Positions 8,749 through 19,076 are shown, numbered from the stretch's first letter. The stretch: DNA of 64,000 nt from Candidatus Spongiisociaceae bacterium (GCA_965262915.1 OZ253564.1:4608001-4672000), one strand, 5' to 3'. Numbers and translations are program-made. The notes: a model not told the origin generated them from the sequence alone.

Positions 8749-10560
8749 TCAGCCGGTCCGGGAGCCGACGGGGACCGGACCCACCGGCGAGCGCTCGTCA
8801 CCCATGCGCACGGTCGCCCCGCAGCGATCCATCCACTCCAGTAGAGGCACCGCGTACTTCCGGGTGAGCCCGATCGTGTCCCGGAAGGTCGCCACCGTGA
8901 AGCGGCCCGGTAGCTCGGCCAGGCGTTCCATCAGTGCCTCCAGTTGCTCCGGCAGGTAGACCAGGTCATCCGAGACCCGGATCAGGCGGTCCTCCCGAAG
9001 CAAGGCATGGAGCAACTCGGGCTCTATGGCCAGTTCCTTCACCCTGGGCACCATCGGCCCGTCGGTCTCGAGCGCATCCCGGATGCGGCGCCATTCCCGC
9101 TCGTCCGCGTCGCTCAGCTTCACGACGAAGCCCTCCAACATCACCGTCGACCCGCGCTGCTCCAGGTCATGGGCGGTACGGAGCACCGCGGCCAGGGTCT
9201 CGAGGCCGACCTCGAGGCGGCTGGCGAGGCTCGCCTTGGGAATCCCGGGCCGGAGGGGGTTATCGGCATGGAACCCGGCGGTTAGCAGGCGTGCCCGGTC
9301 GGCCAGGCCGGCTACGTGGCCCTGTGCCATGAGCGTGCCGCCGATCGACACCGCCCGGGGCGGGGTCCCTCCTCCGGAGTGGGCGCTGAGGACCGCCGCC
9401 TCTTCTACCCCCCGCCACTCGAGCAGGCCGGCGGCTCGCTGCGAGACGCCCCGATCGAGCGCCCGGTGAAGTCGGGCGGCCGCCCGCCTCGCATCCCGGC
9501 CTTTGCGCGGTGCGATCGGTTCGATGATCCTCCCCCCGGCCACGATAAGGCGCCTGCCAACATCGCGCAGCACGAACCGGTCACCCATCTGCACCGGGAT
9601 CGTTCTAGCCGGTCGGAGCACCGCCACCGCCTCGTCTCCTAGCGATCCGGCGGTCACGAGGCGCACCGGCCAGGCCCCGCTACCCATGTGCAGTTGGTAG
9701 GCGCCCCTCTTGGAGAGGGGACGTTCGACGTAACGGGCCAACCGGACCGTCGCCAGGAAACGGCCGCTCGGAACCCACTCGCCCGGTCTTCCGAGCATCG
9801 ATCCTCTCGCCACCTTGCTCCGGTCCAGCCCGGCGATCCCGGCAGCCGCCCTGGTCCCGGCCGGGATGGTTCTCCGTTCCGCTTCGTGAGCCTGGAGAGA
9901 GCGCACCCTTCCTTCGAGGGCTCCGGGAAACACCTCGACCCGGTCGCCCACCGAGAGGGGGCCCCCCACCAGGGTTCCGGTCACGACCGTACCGGCCCCC
10001 GACACCGGGAAGACCCGATCGACCCAGAGCCGGCTGCGACCTGACACATCGACCGGCGCACCGGCGAGTACCCTCGCCAGTACGGCTCGGAGATCGGCGA
10101 GCCCTTCTCCCGTAACCGCCGACACCGGGACTATGGGGCAATCCTCCAGGGCTGTGCCGGCCAACCGTTCCTCTGTCTCGAGCGTGGCCAGCTCGATCAG
10201 GTCGGCGTCGGCCCGATCTATCTTGGTGATCGCCACCAGACCGTGACGGATCCGGAGCAGATCGAGCACGGCCAGATGTTCCTCCGACTGCGGCATCCAC
10301 CCTTCGTCGGCCGCCACGACCAGGAGCGCCACGTCGAACCCTCCGGTACCCGCCAGCATGTTCTTGATGAACCGTTCGTGGCCCGGCACGTCCACGAACG
10401 AGACCTCCTGGCCGTCGAGCGTGGTCCATGCAAAACCGAGGTCGATGGTGAGACCACGCTCCTTCTCCTCCCGCCAGCGGTCCGGGTCGCGACCGGTGAG
10501 AGCCTGGACCAGGGTGGACTTGCCGTGGTCTACGTGACCACCGGTACCTACGACCGGCAT
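8749..10560 (-). CDS. selB: Selenocysteine-specific translation elongation factor
   Basis: GTGGHVDHGKS, RGLTIDLGF, DVPGHERFIKNM; C-terminal winged helix TRKYAVPLLEWMD. Confidence 0.97.
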   Translation of the reverse strand: MPVVGTGGHVDHGKSTLVQALTGRDPDRWREEKERGLTIDLGFAWTTLDGQEVSFVDVPGHERFIKNMLAGTGGFDVALLVVAADEGWMPQSEEHLAVLDLLRIRHGLVAITKIDRADADLIELATLETEERLAGTALEDCPIVPVSAVTGEGLADLRAVLARVLAGAPVDVSGRSRLWVDRVFPVSGAGTVVTGTLVGGPLSVGDRVEVFPGALEGRVRSLQAHEAERRTIPAGTRAAAGIAGLDRSKVARGSMLGRPGEWVPSGRFLATVRLARYVERPLSKRGAYQLHMGSGAWPVRLVTAGSLGDEAVAVLRPARTIPVQMGDRFVLRDVGRRLIVAGGRIIEPIAPRKGRDARRAAARLHRALDRGVSQRAAGLLEWRGVEEAAVLSAHSGGGTPPRAVSIGGTLMAQGHVAGLADRARLLTAGFHADNPLRPGIPKASLASRLEVGLETLAAVLRTAHDLEQRGSTVMLEGFVVKLSDADEREWRRIRDALETDGPMVPRVKELAIEPELLHALLREDRLIRVSDDLVYLPEQLEALMERLAELPGRFTVATFRDTIGLTRKYAVPLLEWMDRCGATVRMGDERSPVGPVPVGSRTG

Positions 10561-11903
10561 GCAGCCCGCAGTGACTCGGCCAGTTGACGGTCGTCGTCCT
10601 CATGCACAGCCCTCACGTCGACGAGCAGGTCACCGGCTGATCGGCGGGTGACGACCGCCGGATCGGTCCTGAGCAGTACCGGCCACAGATCTTCGCCCCT
10701 CCCCTCGAGGACCAGCACCGGCGACGGTACGGTCATGCCGGGCACCGATCCTGCTCCGATCATCGCCTCGGAGGTCTGCACCGCCGGGGGGAGCCCCGCA
10801 TCACCTGCAATCCCCTCCAGCCGGCGAGCGAGGTCCTCGACGGGCCGGGTGACCATGCGCCAGAAGGGGATCTCCCCACCCCTCCCCTCCGCATACAACT
10901 CGGCGGTCCGGCCGAGCGCCGCGATGGTCGAACCGTCGACCCGCACCGCCCTCGCCACCGGACTGGCCGCCAGGCGGGCCACCAGATCTGCACGGCCCAC
11001 GATCACCCCCGCCTGACATCCTCCCATCAGCTTGTCGCCGGAGAAGGTGACCAGATCCGCTCCCCGGGCCAGCACCTGCCGCACACCCGGCTCATCGCCT
11101 ATCCATGCCGGCGGCGGACCGTCCAGCCACGGAACCCCGGTATCGAGAAGGCCGCTCCCCACGTCGAATACCACCGGCAGGCCCCGACGGCTCCCCAGCT
11201 CCACCAGCTCTTCGAGATCCGCTTCCTCCGAGAACCCCACCACCCGGTAGTTCGAGGGGTGGACCTTGAGTAACATCCGGGAATCGGACCCGAGCGCTCG
11301 CTCGTAGTCGGCGACACGCGTGCGGTTGGTGGTTCCGACCTCGACCAGACGGGCTCCGGAAGCGGCCATGAGGTCCGGCAGGCGGTACGACCCCCCGATT
11401 TCGATCAGCTCGCCCCGGGACACGGGCACCGATCCGCCCGTCGCGAGAGTGTGGAGGACCAGGAACAGGGCCGCGGCGTTGTTGTTCACCACCAAGGCGG
11501 CCTCGGCGCCGGTCAGCCGGCTCAGGAGGCGGGACAGGTAGGCGCCTCTCGATCCCCGCCGTCCCACCGTGAGGTCGAACTCGAGGTTGCCGTAGCGCAG
11601 CGCCGCGCGGCGGGCTTCCGAGGCAGCCTCGGGATGGAGCAGCGCCCTACCGAGGTTGGTGTGGAGCACCACCCCGGTGGCGTTGATCACCCGCCTGATC
11701 CTTCCCCGCAACAGGCGCTCGGCTTCCCGGTACGCCATGGCTGCCGGGTCCAGGTACTTGCCCTCCAAGGCCGCCGACCGGGCGGTCTCGATGCTCCCGC
11801 GCGCCAACTCCACGGCCAGCACCGCCGGGAGCCCTGCGGCCACCCCGGACATGAGCTGTCCCGCCAGGGCATCGACGGAAGGCAGACGGCGCAGGTAGTT
11901 CAT
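10548..11903 (-). CDS. selA: L-seryl-tRNA(Sec) selenium transferase
   Basis: VINATGVVLHTNLGRA, VNNNAAA, SRGELIEIGGSYRLP, FSGDKLMGG. Confidence 0.97.
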   Translation of the reverse strand: MNYLRRLPSVDALAGQLMSGVAAGLPAVLAVELARGSIETARSAALEGKYLDPAAMAYREAERLLRGRIRRVINATGVVLHTNLGRALLHPEAASEARRAALRYGNLEFDLTVGRRGSRGAYLSRLLSRLTGAEAALVVNNNAAALFLVLHTLATGGSVPVSRGELIEIGGSYRLPDLMAASGARLVEVGTTNRTRVADYERALGSDSRMLLKVHPSNYRVVGFSEEADLEELVELGSRRGLPVVFDVGSGLLDTGVPWLDGPPPAWIGDEPGVRQVLARGADLVTFSGDKLMGGCQAGVIVGRADLVARLAASPVARAVRVDGSTIAALGRTAELYAEGRGGEIPFWRMVTRPVEDLARRLEGIAGDAGLPPAVQTSEAMIGAGSVPGMTVPSPVLVLEGRGEDLWPVLLRTDPAVVTRRSAGDLLVDVRAVHEDDDRQLAESLRAACRS

Positions 11904-11936
11904 CGAATAATGATACCGGCTGGATAAGCTGGCCCT

Positions 11937-12311
11937 ATGGGTGCCTTATTGGGTGTTACGTTCCTCACGGTCCCGATCCTCGAGCTGCTGGTCTTCATCT
12001 ATTTCGAAGATCGGATCGGCCTCGCCGGGCTCCTGCTCGGGATAGTGATCACAGCCGTGCTGGGCGCGTTTCTCGTGAGGCACCAGGGACTCGCGGTGTG
12101 GCTTCGCATGAGGGAAGACCTGATGGCCGGGCTGATGCCGGGCCGCCAACTGGTGCATGGAGCCTTGGTGCTGGTCGGAGGCGCGCTGCTGCTCACCCCC
12201 GGATTCCTGACCGACGCGGTGGGATTCGCCCTGATGATCCCCCTGGTGAGGGAGGCCCTGCGCCGAGTAGGATCGCGGTTCTTCCGGCGCCGCATCATCA
12301 TCATCGAGTGA
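11937..12311 (+). CDS. fxsA: FxsA family membrane protein
   Basis: VPILEL...QGL...GGALLLTPGFLTDAVG. Confidence 0.9.
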   Translation: MGALLGVTFLTVPILELLVFIYFEDRIGLAGLLLGIVITAVLGAFLVRHQGLAVWLRMREDLMAGLMPGRQLVHGALVLVGGALLLTPGFLTDAVGFALMIPLVREALRRVGSRFFRRRIIIIE

Positions 12312-12473
12312 AAACCGGTCGATGATCTCCCGGGGTGTCCCGAACAGGCTGCACAGACCGGAACGATCACCGCTCGCAGGAGCCGGGTCCGATGCGAGCA
12401 TCCTGGCCGGGCCCGGAACGGGGGGCTTGGTTTCGGCGGAACGGGTACGCCAGCCTCTCGCCAGGCGGGTTCC

Positions 12474-13286
12474 GTGACTACGATCAAGCGGCTGCTGGCG
12501 CCCAATCCGGGGCTGCTGACCGGCCCCGGAACCAATACCTACGTGATCGTCTCCGAGGAGGAGTGCGTGGTGATCGACCCGGGACCGATCGACCGGTCCC
12601 ACCGAGCGGCGATCAAGCATGCGCTCGGGGGACTCCAGCCCCGGGCAGTGGTCGTGACCCACACCCACTCCGACCACGCCCCCTTGGCCAACCCGCTCGC
12701 CGCCGAGCTCGGTGTTCGGTCCTACGGGTACGCGGCGGGTCCCGATTTCGATCCGGACCGCCGGTTACAGGACGGCGACCGGCTGCGCTTCGGCCGCGCC
12801 TCCCTCGACGTCTTGTACACCCCCGGACACTCCGATGACCACCTGTGCTTTCGTCTGGGCGAGAGCCTTTTCACAGGAGATCACATCATGGGGGGCTCCA
12901 CCGTGATGGTCCAGGACATGTCGAGCTACTTCCGATCCTTGGAGAAGGTGAGGGAGGCCCGACCGTCCAGGCTGTTGCCCGGGCACGGCGAAGTGATGGA
13001 CCGCCCAGAGCAGGTGATCGCCGAGTACCTGGATCACCGGATGGCCCGGGAAGGCCAGATCCTCCAGGCTGTGCGTGACGGTGCGGGAACCGTCGGCGCC
13101 GTGGTCACGTCGGTGTACCACGAGGTCGATCCGCTCCTCCACCCGGCGGCGGCCGTCTCGGTGCTCGCCCACCTGCGCAAACTGGGCAACGAGGGGAGGG
13201 TGGATCTGGGAGCCGCCCGGCCCGGCCCTGCCGAACCGCCCCGGGTGTGGGACCTCGGCGTCACGTGGAAAGAGGCCGTCCGGTGA
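12474..13286 (+). CDS. MBL-fold metallo-hydrolase (LACTB2-like)
   Basis: APNPGLLTGPGTNTY, THTHSDH, TPGHSDDH, FTGDH, PGHG. Confidence 0.92.
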   Translation: MTTIKRLLAPNPGLLTGPGTNTYVIVSEEECVVIDPGPIDRSHRAAIKHALGGLQPRAVVVTHTHSDHAPLANPLAAELGVRSYGYAAGPDFDPDRRLQDGDRLRFGRASLDVLYTPGHSDDHLCFRLGESLFTGDHIMGGSTVMVQDMSSYFRSLEKVREARPSRLLPGHGEVMDRPEQVIAEYLDHRMAREGQILQAVRDGAGTVGAVVTSVYHEVDPLLHPAAAVSVLAHLRKLGNEGRVDLGAARPGPAEPPRVWDLGVTWKEAVR

Positions 13287-14608
13287 GAGGGTGGCGGCTC
13301 GCCCTGGTATTGCTTGCCGTGATCGGATTCTGGATCCCGGCCGTGGGCCAGACCGGCGATGACGAGCTGCGCCGGGTCCGGGCCGAACTCGATCGTCTCC
13401 GGGAGGAGTCGCTGGAACTGGGAGCGGAATACCAGGCGGCGTGGGAAGCCGATGTGGAACTGAAGGCCCGCATCGCGGTACTCGAAACGTCAATCGCTGC
13501 CTACGGCGTCGATCTCCGCCGGCTGCGGGAGCAGATCCGCGAGCGGGCAGTCGAGCTCTACATGAACAGCGCGGCCGGGAGCGATCTGGCTTCCCTGTTC
13601 ATCTCCGCATCGCCCACCGACATCGATACCCGCTCGGAGTACCTGCACGACATCCGGCGGCGGGACCAGGCGATGTTCAACGGCTTGGAGATCCTCACCC
13701 GCCAGCTCGAAGCCGCCACCGAAGAGCTGCGCCGGGACAAGGAGGATCAGGAATCCACACTCGCCCGTCTCGATACAGTTGCCGCCAACCTCAACAGGCG
13801 ACTCGAGGAAGGCCAGGCGACCTTCCTGCTGCTCGAGCAGCGGCAGGAGGAGGAACGAGCCAGGCTCGAAGCCGAAGAGCGAGCCAGGGTCGAAGCGGAG
13901 GCACGGGCCAAGGCCGAAGCGGAGGCACGGGCCAGAGAGGAAGCAGAGGAAGAAGCGAGACTCGAAGCCGAGGAACAGGCGAGGGCGGAGGAGGAAGAAG
14001 CAGAGGAACAGGCCCGCGCAGAGGAGGAGGCGCAGGCGACTACCAGCGCCTCCCCCACCACCCAACCCGCGCCGACCACCCCTCCCACCACCGAGGAGGT
14101 CACCACCACCACCGAAGCGGTCGATGTGACCGACACCACGTTCGTCCCGACGACCCTCGTCTCGTCCGATGGCGGCGAGGGCGGTCCGGAGAGGATGACC
14201 TGCCCGGTGGCCGGCTTCAACACCTTCAGCGATACATGGGGAGCCGCCCGCTCGGGTGGGCGGCGGCACAGTGGGGTGGACGTGATGGCAGCCCGGGGAA
14301 CTCCGGTGGTAGCGGTGGAGGATGGTGTGATCAGACGGATGCGAAACGGCGGCCTGGGCGGTATAACGGTGTGGCTGGTGGGTGACAGCGGAGACGAGTA
14401 CTACTACGCCCACCTGGATGGATGGGCACCGGGGCTGTCCGCCGGCCAGGAGGTCACAATCGGCCAGGCGCTCGGCACGGTCGGCACCACCGGAAACTCA
14501 CCGGAGCACATCCCTCACCTGCACTGGGAATACCACCCCGGTGGGTACCGCCCCGGCGCCGGCACCGCCGTCAACCCCACACCCCTCGCCCGCCGGCTTT
14601 GCGGGTGA
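13283..14608 (+). CDS. Secreted coiled-coil M23 peptidase (murein hydrolase/activator)
   Basis: Signal peptide, long coiled coil, Glu/Ala and Thr/Pro linkers, HSGVD..YAHL..HLH M23 motifs. Confidence 0.9.
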   Translation: MRGWRLALVLLAVIGFWIPAVGQTGDDELRRVRAELDRLREESLELGAEYQAAWEADVELKARIAVLETSIAAYGVDLRRLREQIRERAVELYMNSAAGSDLASLFISASPTDIDTRSEYLHDIRRRDQAMFNGLEILTRQLEAATEELRRDKEDQESTLARLDTVAANLNRRLEEGQATFLLLEQRQEEERARLEAEERARVEAEARAKAEAEARAREEAEEEARLEAEEQARAEEEEAEEQARAEEEAQATTSASPTTQPAPTTPPTTEEVTTTTEAVDVTDTTFVPTTLVSSDGGEGGPERMTCPVAGFNTFSDTWGAARSGGRRHSGVDVMAARGTPVVAVEDGVIRRMRNGGLGGITVWLVGDSGDEYYYAHLDGWAPGLSAGQEVTIGQALGTVGTTGNSPEHIPHLHWEYHPGGYRPGAGTAVNPTPLARRLCG

Positions 14609-14682
14609 CGCGGCCGGCCGGGGTTACCCGTGGTCAGGGGCCGACCCAACCACCGATCGGGATTATCGACCGAGGCCACCGG

Positions 14683-15825
14683 TCAGCCCCCACCGATAGC
14701 CGCCAGCAGTTTCGCGATCCGGCCCGTACACGTCTCGGCGTCGGCCGGGGGTACGAGCTCGACCAGCCGGCGGGCGGCGTCCATGAACAGCCGGGCGGCG
14801 GGCCGTTCCGGCCGGGCGATCACCACCGGCTCCCCCACATCGGCCCCCGCGCCGAGTGCCGGATCCAGCGGGATACGTCCGATCAGCGGGATGCCGAGGG
14901 AGTCGGCCAGTTCCCGACCGCCGCCCCGGCCGAACAACTCGAAGCGCCGGCCCTCGGGGGTCTCGAAGTAGGACATGTTCTCGATCACCCCCACCACCGG
15001 CATCGCCGAGCGCCGGGCCATGTCGGCCACCCGGATGGCAACCTTCTGGGCATTCTTGGGGGGTGTGGTGACCACCACCATCTCCGCCTGGGGAAGCATG
15101 CGGGAGAGCGCCATCTGTATGTCGCCGGTTCCGGGCGGCATGTCGATCACCAGGTAATCGAGTTCCCGCCAATCCACCTGCTGCAGGAACTGCTCCAGCG
15201 CTTTGGACAGCATGAGGCCGCGCCACATGAGGGCGGTCTCCTCGGACTCGACGATCAGCCCGGTCGACACGACTTGGATCCCGTGTACGGCGACCGGCTG
15301 CATGAGCCTGGTGTCGGGGTCGGCCTCGATACGGGCGTTGGCACCCAGCATCCTCGGGATCGAGAACCCCCAAATGTCGGCGTCGAGAAGGCCCACCCGG
15401 TACCCGAGCCGGTGGATAGCCAACGCCAGGTTGACCGACACCGAACTCTTGCCCACGCCGCCTTTCCCGCTGCCCACCGCGATCGCCCTCGTGGTGGGCG
15501 CCACCCGGGTGGGCGAGGCGTTCTCCCTGGCACGCCGGCGGGCGACATTCATGAGTTCGGCCCGTTGCGCCTTGGTCATCGCCCTCGTCTCCACCGATAC
15601 CTGCTCCACCCCCGGTATGGCCTTGATCTTGCGTATCGTGTCGGTCTCTATCTGGGACCGCATCGGACACTCGGCGATGGTCAGGGCCAGTCCCACGGTG
15701 ACGAGCCCACCGTCGATCGTCACCTCGCGGACCATCCCGAGGTCGACCACATCGGACCCGAGTTCGGGATCGAATACGCCTCTAAGGGCCTCGATGATCC
15801 GGTCTTCGGCAAGTGGTTCGGGCAT
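14683..15825 (-). CDS. mrp: Mrp/ApbC (NBP35) Fe-S carrier ATPase with N-terminal DUF59
   Basis: DPELGSDVVDLGMV, ECP, GKGGVGKSS, DADIWGFSIP, DMPPGTGD; start ATG at 15825. Confidence 0.93.
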   Translation of the reverse strand: MPEPLAEDRIIEALRGVFDPELGSDVVDLGMVREVTIDGGLVTVGLALTIAECPMRSQIETDTIRKIKAIPGVEQVSVETRAMTKAQRAELMNVARRRARENASPTRVAPTTRAIAVGSGKGGVGKSSVSVNLALAIHRLGYRVGLLDADIWGFSIPRMLGANARIEADPDTRLMQPVAVHGIQVVSTGLIVESEETALMWRGLMLSKALEQFLQQVDWRELDYLVIDMPPGTGDIQMALSRMLPQAEMVVVTTPPKNAQKVAIRVADMARRSAMPVVGVIENMSYFETPEGRRFELFGRGGGRELADSLGIPLIGRIPLDPALGAGADVGEPVVIARPERPAARLFMDAARRLVELVPPADAETCTGRIAKLLAAIGGG

Positions 15826-16005
15826 GGCTCCGGGATCCGGCCTGTGGAGTCCCACCTTATCGTCGGGCGGTGGCTGCGCGGAAACCGGAACTCGAGAGGC
15901 ACGTCCGATTCGTGATACGGGTCGGACACAGCGATCCGACCTCGGTATAGTGGGACGGTCGGATTCGCACATCGAGGGGCCCCAGGCCAAACGGAGATCG
16001 GTGAG

Positions 16006-16368
16006 ATGGAACAGTTCGTGAAGATCAGCACACGGAAGCCGGAGCCAGCGGTTACCTTGACGCAGGGCGCGGTATCGAAGGTCCGCCAACTGCTGATCGG
16101 GGAAGACGACTCGTCTCTGGCCCTGCGCATGGCGGTGCGGCCCGGAGGGTGCTCCGGCTTCTCCTACGAGATGTACTTCGACTCCGAGGTCGGTCCCGGC
16201 GACACCGTCGAGGATTTCGACGGTGTCGGGGTCGTGGTGGACGACCAGAGCGTCGAACTGCTCCGTGGGGCGGTCCTCGACTACCAGGACGGGTTGATGG
16301 AAGCGGGGTTCGCCATCAACAACCCCAACGTCAGCCGGTCCTGCGGATGCGGTAACAGCTTTAGTTAG
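16006..16368 (+). CDS. HesB/IscA/ErpA Fe-S cluster assembly protein
   Basis: GGCSGFSY and NPN..SCGCGNSF. Confidence 0.95.
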   Translation: MEQFVKISTRKPEPAVTLTQGAVSKVRQLLIGEDDSSLALRMAVRPGGCSGFSYEMYFDSEVGPGDTVEDFDGVGVVVDDQSVELLRGAVLDYQDGLMEAGFAINNPNVSRSCGCGNSFS

Positions 16369-16477
16369 GTGCCAGGTGCCGGTGGCCGGTCGCCGGTGAC
16401 CAGGTCATACCACGCTGTCTACCTAGCGCCCTGCGTTAGTTAACACCACCCACGGACCACGGACGACCGGCAACCGG
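16369..16477. repeat. Two opposed degenerate heptamer tandem tracts
   Basis: GTGCCAG GTGCCGG TGGCCGG TCGCCGG TGACCAG ... CACGGAC CACGGAC GACCGGC AACCGGG. Confidence 0.6.
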
Positions 16478-16507
16478 GTAGCCTCGCCTGTGGAAACAGG
16501 AGGCAAG

Positions 16508-16918
16508 ATGGCAAAGCGAATCCTCGAAACCCCCAGCGCTCCCCCCGCACTCGGTCCGTACTCGGTGGCGGTCGAGACCGGAGGTCTCGTCTTCTTCTCG
16601 GGGCAGGTTGCTCTCATACCCGAGGGCGGACGGGAGGACGGGGACATCGGCGAACAGACCCGGCGGGTCATGGACAACATCGGCGCCATACTGGCCGATG
16701 TCGGGCTCGACTACGCGGACATCGTGAAGACCACCATCTTCATGGCCGACATTGCCGACTACCCCGAGATAAACCGTGTCTACGCCGGCTATTTCGTCGG
16801 CGATCCCCCGGCTCGCTCGGCCGTGCAGGCCGCGGCCCTTCCCGGAGGCTTCGCGGTCGAGATAGAGGTGGTGGCTGCCAGGACCGGCCTTCCGGGCGGG
16901 GGAATCGGGTTTTCGTGA
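16508..16918 (+). CDS. RidA/YjgF family enamine deaminase
   Basis: APPALGPYS, FSGQV, PPARSAVQAAALP, VEIE; RBS AGGAGG before ATG at 16508. Confidence 0.93.
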   Translation: MAKRILETPSAPPALGPYSVAVETGGLVFFSGQVALIPEGGREDGDIGEQTRRVMDNIGAILADVGLDYADIVKTTIFMADIADYPEINRVYAGYFVGDPPARSAVQAAALPGGFAVEIEVVAARTGLPGGGIGFS

Positions 16919-17640
16919 GCACCGCTCCCGGCTCCGGCGCCGGACCGCCGCGTCCGGTGGCCCGCGAATCCGGCCGGGACGAGGCCCGGGGTCACATTCC
17001 CCTCAACTCCTACTACGAGAGCGGTACGCCCGCCGCGTGGAACGAGCGGTACTCGACGCGCGGGATGGTGTGGGGAACCGACGCCAACCAGTTCGTCGCC
17101 ACCTTCGCCGCCGACCTGAGCCCCCGCCGGGTCCTCGATCTGGGATGCGGCCAGGGCCGCAACTCGGTGTGGCTGGCACGGCGGGGACACACCGTCACCG
17201 GAGTCGACCAGTCCGATGTAGCCATCGCCCAGGCACGACGCTTGGCCGCCGACAACGGGGTTCGGGTGGAGTTCGCACTCGCGGACATAGTGGAGGACTG
17301 GACTCCGCCGCCCGCTGCCTTCGACCTAGTGATCCTGTCGTACCTGCAGCTGCCGGCGGAGACCCGCAAGGTCGCCCACGCCAAGGCGGCAACGGCTCTG
17401 GCCCCTGGTGGGACCATCTTCCTCATAGCCCACCATGCCGACAACCCGGAACACGGAGTAGGTGGACCACCCCATCCCGAGGTTCTGTTCGACGAAACCG
17501 ACCTCGCCGGCGACTTCGCGGGCCTCGCCATATCCGTCAACGAGAAGAAGTACCGCGAAGTGGAGGGACAGGATGGCGTGGTCCGGCTGGCGCACGACAT
17601 CCTGCTGGAGGCGGTCAAACCGTCGCTAGGAGGGTGCTGA
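16915..17640 (+). CDS. Class I SAM-dependent methyltransferase
   Basis: WNERY, VLDLGCGQGRNSVWLA, VTGVDQS, FDLV. Confidence 0.9.
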   Translation: MSTAPGSGAGPPRPVARESGRDEARGHIPLNSYYESGTPAAWNERYSTRGMVWGTDANQFVATFAADLSPRRVLDLGCGQGRNSVWLARRGHTVTGVDQSDVAIAQARRLAADNGVRVEFALADIVEDWTPPPAAFDLVILSYLQLPAETRKVAHAKAATALAPGGTIFLIAHHADNPEHGVGGPPHPEVLFDETDLAGDFAGLAISVNEKKYREVEGQDGVVRLAHDILLEAVKPSLGGC

Positions 17641-17695
17641 TTGGGCGATTATGATTACGATTACTACCGTCCGTCCAGATGATCGGCACCCCCTG
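17626..17695. mobile_element. MITE family B-like degenerate copy overlapping the methyltransferase stop
   Basis: CTAGGAGGGTGCTGAT ... ATCGGCACCCCCT imperfect inverted ends resembling the family B TIR. Confidence 0.5.
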
Positions 17696-17775
17696 CCGAG
17701 TATCATTGTGTGGGCGGCATCGTGTCGGCACCGAAGGCACCGATCACAGACCTGACCAATCAGGAGGAGCAAGAA

Positions 17776-18813
17776 ATGGCATACCGAGCCATGTACATCT
17801 GGATAGACGGAACCGAACCGACCCCCTTGCTCCGGTCCAAGACCAATGTCATCGCGGACGGTGACGAGCCAGGAATCTGGGGCTTTGACGGTTCGAGCAC
17901 CGCCCAGGCGCCGGGACATGATTCCGATGTCGTACTCAACCCGGTCAAGATCGTACCGGACCCCATCCGGGGCGGTAACGACATACTGGTCCTCTGCGAA
18001 TGCTTGACCACCGACATGGAGCCCCATCCGACGAATACCAGGGCTGCCTGTGTGGCTGCCGCCGAGAAGTACGCCGACTTCGAATCCTGGTTCGGTTTGG
18101 AACAGGAATACACCTTCATCCAAATGGAGGATGCTACCTCGTGGCAGGTTTCCGGGCTCCCGCCGGGATTCCCGCCGGGAGGCTATCCGGCCCCTCAGGG
18201 TCCCTACTACTGCGGGGTGGGCGCCAACAGAGCCTTCGGAAGGGCCGTGGCGGACGCCCATAGCCAAGCCTGCATCGACGCCGGCTTGGACATAGAAGGC
18301 ACCAACGCCGAGGTCATGGCCGGGCAGTGGGAATACCAGATAGGACCGCTACCCCCGGTGGAAATGTCCGACCAGCTGGTCATCGCCCGCTGGATGATGG
18401 ATCGGATCGCCGAAGACCACGGTATCGAGGTGAGTCTGCATCCCAAGCCGGTATTGGGCGACTGGAACGGCGCCGGATGCCACACGAATTTCTCGACGAA
18501 ACAGATGCGCGAGGGTGAGGACGCCTACGACGCCATCATCGCCGCCTGCGAGGCGCTGGGCACCAATGTCGCCGAGCACATCGCCAACTACGGCGCTGGC
18601 ATCGAGATGCGCCTGACCGGAGCTCACGAGACCCAGCGTTACGACCAGTTCAACTACGCGGTTCGGGACCGCGGTGCCTCGATACGTATCCCGTGGCAGG
18701 TCGAACGAGACCGGAGGGGCTATATCGAAGACCGCCGGCCCAACTCGAACTGCGATCCCTACACGGTGACCCGCCTCATCGTCGAGACCGTATGCGGAGC
18801 GGCCTCCGCCTGA
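17776..18813 (+). CDS. glnII: Glutamine synthetase type II
   Basis: YIWIDG..LRSKT, WGFDGSST, GLEQEY, QGPYYCGVG, NAEVMAGQWEYQIGP, DWNGAGCHTNFST, RLTGAHET, EDRRPNSNCDPY; 345 aa. Confidence 0.95.
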   Translation: MAYRAMYIWIDGTEPTPLLRSKTNVIADGDEPGIWGFDGSSTAQAPGHDSDVVLNPVKIVPDPIRGGNDILVLCECLTTDMEPHPTNTRAACVAAAEKYADFESWFGLEQEYTFIQMEDATSWQVSGLPPGFPPGGYPAPQGPYYCGVGANRAFGRAVADAHSQACIDAGLDIEGTNAEVMAGQWEYQIGPLPPVEMSDQLVIARWMMDRIAEDHGIEVSLHPKPVLGDWNGAGCHTNFSTKQMREGEDAYDAIIAACEALGTNVAEHIANYGAGIEMRLTGAHETQRYDQFNYAVRDRGASIRIPWQVERDRRGYIEDRRPNSNCDPYTVTRLIVETVCGAASA

Positions 18814-18824
18814 CAGACCCTGAT

Positions 18825-18862
18825 CCCCGACCCGACGCTCGACCGGCTCGGGTCGGGGTTCT
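18825..18862 (+). terminator. Hairpin terminator after glnII
   Basis: CCCCGACCCGA ... TCGGGTCGGGG followed by TTCT. Confidence 0.65.
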
Positions 18863-19076
18863 ATCTCGACCTGTCAGGCATGATCGGCGCGGTTTGGAGT
18901 GGCAACGTGCCCACGACTTCCGCTCGGTTCACTGCATGATGTTGCACCGAAACGTCCCCGCCCGCACCAGGCGGCGAGGGTCCGGTAGACCTGGTAGGAA
19001 CCCGGTTCCTGCAACCGGGCACCCGGACCATCTCAACGGTCGGTCTGTGTGCCTGGCCTCGCCGATTTCAGCGAAT

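Noticed and set aside
13850-14160. Repetitive DNA inside the M23 peptidase gene
   Set aside because: Ordinary low-complexity coiled-coil and Thr/Pro linker coding
16006-16368. HesB-like protein as a second selenoprotein
   Set aside because: All conserved Cys positions use TGC; there is no in-frame TGA
18863-19076. Possible ncRNA in the glnII downstream gap (also 12312-12473 and 8210-8460)
   Set aside because: Only GC-rich local hairpins; no recognisable RNA family motif or promoter-terminator pair
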